Shown here: piece by piece, positions 16,612 to 20,337 of the stretch
How positions within the stretch are numbered: the first letter of the stretch is position 1
Layout of the letters: every line of letters starts with the position of its first letter
Source: Thermodesulfobacteriota bacterium
GTDB lineage: Bacteria; Desulfobacterota_D; UBA1144; Nemesobacterales; N074bin48
Assembly: GCA_041572575.1 (NCBI GenBank)
Contig: JBFFSH010000043.1
Coordinates: 1-20,337 of the forward strand
Direction: 5' to 3'
DNA length: 20,337 nucleotides
Made by a program: the position numbers and the translations under genes
The notes under the pieces: model-generated
Database searches by the model: none
Told to the model about the DNA's origin: nothing
Seen by the model: only the letters and a program-made list of their open reading frames with translations

Positions 16612-17364
16612 ATGAAAATTTGCACACTAGCAAGCGGAAGCTCAGGAAATTCTCTATACGTTGAGACTGAACATACAAAAATATTGGTTGATGCGGGTAT
16701 CAGTAATAAACAAATTACCAAAAGGCTTAGCAGTATTGATGTTGATATTAATGACATAGACGCTGTAGTGTTAAGCCACGAACACACTGACCATGCTCTG
16801 GCACTTCCGTATTTAAAGGTTCCGGTTTATGTATCAAGTTCAATTGCGTATATCTGGAGTGATAAGGTAAAAAACCTAAGGCTGTTTGAAACTGGAAGCA
16901 CTTTTAGTGTAAATGATACAACAATTAGATCATTTCCCGTACCACATGATGCAGTGGATCCGGTTGGCTTTACTCTGCAAGCTGATAAGCATAAGCTTGG
17001 TGTAGTAACAGATATTGGTGTGACCACCAGGCTTATAAGTGAGAGGTTAAAAGATTGCAATTTGCTTGTTGTTGAATTTAATCATGATGAAAACATGATG
17101 CTTTACAGCCCTTATCCCTGGCATCTTAAACAAAGAATAAAGAGCAGGCTTGGACATCTATCAAATACAGAGGCCTCCAGTTTATTGAGTACCATTGCGG
17201 GCATGGACTTACATTCAGTGGTACTGGCACACCTGAGTAAAGTGAATAATAAAGCAGATTCAGCTCTTGAGTTTGCATACAATGCACTCAAAAAGCTGGG
17301 TCTGGGGGATGTAAATATTAACATTGCACCAAGAAATAATATAAGCGAGGTAATAGAAATTTGA
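16612..17364 (+). CDS. YycJ/WalJ-like metallo-beta-lactamase fold hydrolase
   Basis: LASGSSGNS, LVDAG, SHEHTDH, PHDA, TDIG, EFNHD, YPWHLKQRI..GHLSN, LAHLSKVNN. Confidence 0.92.
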   Translation: MKICTLASGSSGNSLYVETEHTKILVDAGISNKQITKRLSSIDVDINDIDAVVLSHEHTDHALALPYLKVPVYVSSSIAYIWSDKVKNLRLFETGSTFSVNDTTIRSFPVPHDAVDPVGFTLQADKHKLGVVTDIGVTTRLISERLKDCNLLVVEFNHDENMMLYSPYPWHLKQRIKSRLGHLSNTEASSLLSTIAGMDLHSVVLAHLSKVNNKADSALEFAYNALKKLGLGDVNINIAPRNNISEVIEI

Positions 17365-18653
17365 TAAGCAGATACAGTAGAGAAGAAATATCAAAAATTT
17401 GGACAGATGAGTCAAAATATTCATATATGTTAAAAGTAGAGCTTGCTGCATGTGATGCTTGGGCAAAGCTAGGCAAGATTCCTAAAAGGTCACTTCAAAC
17501 CATAAAGAAAAAAGCAGATTTCAAGGTTTCACGAATTAACAAATTAGAAAAGACCCTAAAACATGATGTTATAGCGTTCTTAACATCAGTTGCCGAGTAT
17601 GTAGGGCCGGATTCCAGATTTATTCATATGGGGCTTACTTCATCCGATGTACTGGACACAGCATTTGCCTTACAGCTTAGAGACAGCTCAGACATTATTT
17701 TAAAAGACATAAAAGAAGTTCTTACAGCAATAAAAAAACTTGCAAAAAAGCATAAATATACCCCAATGGTAGGAAGGACTCATGGTATTCATGCAGAGCC
17801 AACGACTTTTGGTCTGGTGGCAGCGCTTTGGTATGACGAGATGAGCAGAAACCTGGAAAGGATGAAACGGGCAAAAGAAGCTATAAGCGTAGGGCAGATA
17901 TCCGGAGCAGTCGGGGCTTATGTAAATATTCCGCCATCTATAGAAAAAGATGCTTGCAGAATTCTTAAACTTAAGCCTGCTAATATTTCTACTCAGGTTA
18001 TACAAAGGGATTTACATGCAGAATTTTTTCTTACCCTTTCTATGATTGCTTCAACAATTGAAAAGATTGCCCTTCAGATAAGACATTTTCAAAGAACGGA
18101 AGTTTTAGAGGCAGAAGAAGGATTTACAAAAGGACAGAAAGGGTCTTCGGCAATGCCCCACAAAAAAAACCCTATACTATCAGAAAACCTGTGTGGTCTC
18201 TCAAGGTTAGTAAGATCAAATGGCTCAGCTGCTCTTGAAAATAACCCTTTATGGCACGAAAGAGATATTAGTCATTCCTCGGTAGAAAGGGTAATAGGGC
18301 CGGACAGCACTATACTTACTGATTTCATGCTAGCCAGGGTAAAATCATTAATTGATAATCTTGTGGTTTATCCAAATAATATGAAAAGAAATATGGATAT
18401 TACTAATGGCCTTATACACTCTGAAACGGTGCTACTGAAGCTTGTTGATAAAGGAATTACAAGAGAAAAGGCTTACACACTTGTGCAAAAAAATGCAATG
18501 AAATGCTGGGAGCAAAAGACCCCCTATAAAGACCTGTTAATTGCAGATCCTGATGTAATGAAATATCTGACTGAAAAAGAAATTGAGAGCTGTTTTGATC
18601 TCAAAGGTGAATTCAAGAATATAGATATGATTTTTAAACGAGTATTTAACTAA
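17361..18653 (+). CDS. purB: Adenylosuccinate lyase
   Basis: MISRYS, HDVIAF, HMGLTSSD, GRTHGIHAEPTTFG, SGAVG, signature GSSAMPHKKNP, LWHERDISHSSVER. The TTG start overlaps the upstream TGA (TTGA). Confidence 0.98.
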   Translation: MISRYSREEISKIWTDESKYSYMLKVELAACDAWAKLGKIPKRSLQTIKKKADFKVSRINKLEKTLKHDVIAFLTSVAEYVGPDSRFIHMGLTSSDVLDTAFALQLRDSSDIILKDIKEVLTAIKKLAKKHKYTPMVGRTHGIHAEPTTFGLVAALWYDEMSRNLERMKRAKEAISVGQISGAVGAYVNIPPSIEKDACRILKLKPANISTQVIQRDLHAEFFLTLSMIASTIEKIALQIRHFQRTEVLEAEEGFTKGQKGSSAMPHKKNPILSENLCGLSRLVRSNGSAALENNPLWHERDISHSSVERVIGPDSTILTDFMLARVKSLIDNLVVYPNNMKRNMDITNGLIHSETVLLKLVDKGITREKAYTLVQKNAMKCWEQKTPYKDLLIADPDVMKYLTEKEIESCFDLKGEFKNIDMIFKRVFN

Positions 18654-18676
18654 TACTGATAGTATTATTTTAGATA

Positions 18677-18720
18677 AAAATAAAAAACCCCGGCAAGCAT
18701 AATGTTTACCGGGGTTTTCT
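18677..18720. terminator. Bidirectional intrinsic terminator between purB and the porin
   Basis: AAAACCCCGGCAAGCA-taa-TGTTTACCGGGGTTTT (18684-18718). The minus strand continues TTTTTTATTTTT; the plus strand ends TTTTCT. Confidence 0.85.
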
Positions 18721-18776
18721 GGCTTTTATGGGTCAGGAGAGATGAGCAAATGACCTTAATATAAGCCTGCGTGTTT

Positions 18777-20144
18777 TTAGAAATAAGCTTGTAGTTGTAG
18801 TCTGAAGCGATTTTCTTCTTCAGTAAAACCATCAATATCTTCTTCTTCAATATAAGAGTAATCAGCCTGAATTTTCCATCTGTGAGATTTACCCAGATAG
18901 TAGCTTATTGCAGGTGTGATTTCCCAGGCGGAATCATCACTTCCTACCGCATCATCAAAGTCTACATATGCATATCTCGCAGCTACTTCAAGAAGTTTAG
19001 GCATTAAGAAAACGCCTGCCTGTACTCTGAAACCCTGGTCATAAGCATCTCCGCTTATACCAGTAGGATCATAATCCGCACCTATATATGAAGCTTCAAA
19101 ATTTGCTCTTGGATGAAGAAGGGCAATATCAAATGCATAGGTAATGAGCTGCAGATCCGTAGCACTTAAGGCTGCAAAGTCAGCACCCCTTGCTATGAAG
19201 TTCCTGTTATCTGTTTCATCAAAGAGTGAAGAGTTTCCGTTGTCACCTGTTATCTCAGATTCTATACCTGCAATTGCAGCACCAATCTGGATTGTTGGTT
19301 CTTTTACGAAGTTGTGTTTTGGTTTTAAGTCTTTTCCAAGCGGACTGAACATGATTCTGCCAGACCATAGTAGACCTGTGTCCAGGCCGTTTTCATCACC
19401 TTCATCTGAGTTTCTTCCTTCACCCTGAAAAACGCCAAGTTCATAGAAGAACATTTTCTGTATCTTGCCATGTAGTCCAAAACCTACGTCTCTTCCGAAT
19501 GAAAAGTTTCTGTCAACGATTGAACGGTCGACAAACTGCAGAGCCGATGATGATGTAAGCTGTTCTCTGTTAAATGGTACTTTATACTGACCGACTCTTG
19601 GTACAATCTGAGGATTGTAAGCGAAATCAAAGACAAGATCTCTTAGGTTAAAGCTGTCTTCTCTAACATCTAACTGCAGTTTATATTTAAACCAGGGTCT
19701 GAAAGCATTACCTTTCCACTGAAGTCTTACCCTAGAAAGATCAAACTCTAGTGTTTCATCTGCATTGTCCTCAGGGTCTAAATAGATTGCTCTGAACTGG
19801 CCACGAATATTGAACGTGGTCTTGAAGTTTCCATCTGCAGACTCTATGAAAAAGCCCTTTTTATATCCGGCTTTCATGCCTTTGTACCAGGCACCTTCGT
19901 CTTCTGCCTCTTTTTTGGCTATAAACTCTTCTACCTTAAGATCACTTGAAGCTCTTTGAGCCTCGAGGCTTTCAATTTTTTGATTGAGCTGCTGGATCTG
20001 CTGGGCATTTTGCTTCTGGATCTCCAGTATCTGTTGTTTTAGCTTTTCAATTTCGCTTGTTTTAACTTCAGCTAATGTAGCATTTGTTAATAACAAAGGA
20101 ACTGACAGCAATGACAATACTAACAACTTAATTTTATACGACAT
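18777..20144 (-). CDS. OprO/OprP-family (phosphate/anion-selective) porin with N-terminal coiled coil
   Basis: RBS AAGGAGGAAGGAG; signal peptide ending ATLA; Gln-rich coiled coil; GFFIESADGNF, RVRLQWKG, GQYKVPFNREQLTSSSALQFVDRS, GRDVG; C-terminal beta-signal RLQLQAYF. Confidence 0.88.
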   Translation of the reverse strand: MSYKIKLLVLSLLSVPLLLTNATLAEVKTSEIEKLKQQILEIQKQNAQQIQQLNQKIESLEAQRASSDLKVEEFIAKKEAEDEGAWYKGMKAGYKKGFFIESADGNFKTTFNIRGQFRAIYLDPEDNADETLEFDLSRVRLQWKGNAFRPWFKYKLQLDVREDSFNLRDLVFDFAYNPQIVPRVGQYKVPFNREQLTSSSALQFVDRSIVDRNFSFGRDVGFGLHGKIQKMFFYELGVFQGEGRNSDEGDENGLDTGLLWSGRIMFSPLGKDLKPKHNFVKEPTIQIGAAIAGIESEITGDNGNSSLFDETDNRNFIARGADFAALSATDLQLITYAFDIALLHPRANFEASYIGADYDPTGISGDAYDQGFRVQAGVFLMPKLLEVAARYAYVDFDDAVGSDDSAWEITPAISYYLGKSHRWKIQADYSYIEEEDIDGFTEEENRFRLQLQAYF

Positions 20145-20203
20145 CTCCTTCCTCCTTAAAATTTATTCATGGAAAGAGAGGTTATTGCTGTTATTTAAAT
20201 TTA

Positions 20204-20337
20204 GGAGCTCGCATAGAACAGAGCTATAAGTAATGCAGAATCTCCTTTATTTTATTAACTAAATCTACATTTCTGTTATTAAATCTAAATTCCATCTCTT
20301 TTAGATACAAAACAAAGTGTTTTCTGTCAATTCCATT
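20204..20337 (-). mobile_element. Right end of an IS1595-family insertion sequence
   Basis: Transposase 3' end plus a candidate terminal IR read on the plus strand from 20204 (GGAGCTCGCATAGA..., resembling IS1016-type GGGGCTnnnnTAGA ends). It abuts an AT-rich 8-mer TAAATTTA (20196-20203) as candidate target duplication. Confidence 0.7.
20224..20337 (-). CDS. C-terminal 37 aa of an IS1595-family (IS1016-like) transposase, truncated by the window edge
   Basis: Minus-strand translation from 20337 gives NGIDRKHFVLYLKEMEFRFNNRNVDLVNKIKEILHYL*, matching the family C-terminal motif G-I/V-x-x-x-H-F/L-x-x-Y-L-x-E-x-x-F/W-R-F-N. It is absent from the ORF track. Confidence 0.85.
   Translation of the reverse strand, partial: NGIDRKHFVLYLKEMEFRFNNRNVDLVNKIKEILHYL

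Noticed and set aside
18665..18850. 61-aa minus-strand ORF
   Set aside because: It overlaps the porin 3' end out of frame and runs through the terminator hairpin.
20178..20200. Pho box upstream of the porin (GTTAT repeats)
   Set aside because: The half-sites are 9 nt apart rather than 11 and are on the opposite strand. Any real Pho box may lie beyond the IS.
1..20337. CRISPR array, defence system, RiPP precursor or prophage
   Set aside because: I saw no regularly spaced repeats, cas or defence-like ORFs, credible short precursor next to the P450, or phage genes. The PIN domain is the housekeeping YacL type, not a VapC toxin.

Overview
AT-rich bacterial chromosomal window from a diderm (it encodes TolC, MCE and porin proteins). 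Gene content suggests a Desulfobacterota/deltaproteobacterium-like lineage, possibly Ca. Dadabacteria; this is inference only. Left to right: 5'-truncated TolC-family gene ><purH <> MlaD/MCE gene >< tRNA-Gly(CCC) <> murQ-anmK-SSS symporter, then a lone nuoI, a secreted TPR protein and a cytochrome P450. These converge on a minus-strand string: lipoprotein, yacL-like PIN/TRAM, ispD, ispF, comEC, NTF2-like protein and a small Cys-Cys protein. Next come yycJ-like MBL hydrolase and purB >< OprO/P-type porin. The most notable items are four. (1) The ORF track misses the 3' end of an IS1595-family (IS1016-like) transposase at the right edge. It has a candidate terminal IR and 8-bp target site only 59 bp upstream of the porin. 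(2) The murQ-anmK operon ends in an uncharacterised Na+:solute symporter, a candidate new anhydro-MurNAc importer. (3) ComEC appears translationally coupled to the essential ispDF genes, and its nuclease domain has lost its metal ligands. (4) nuoI sits outside any nuo operon.
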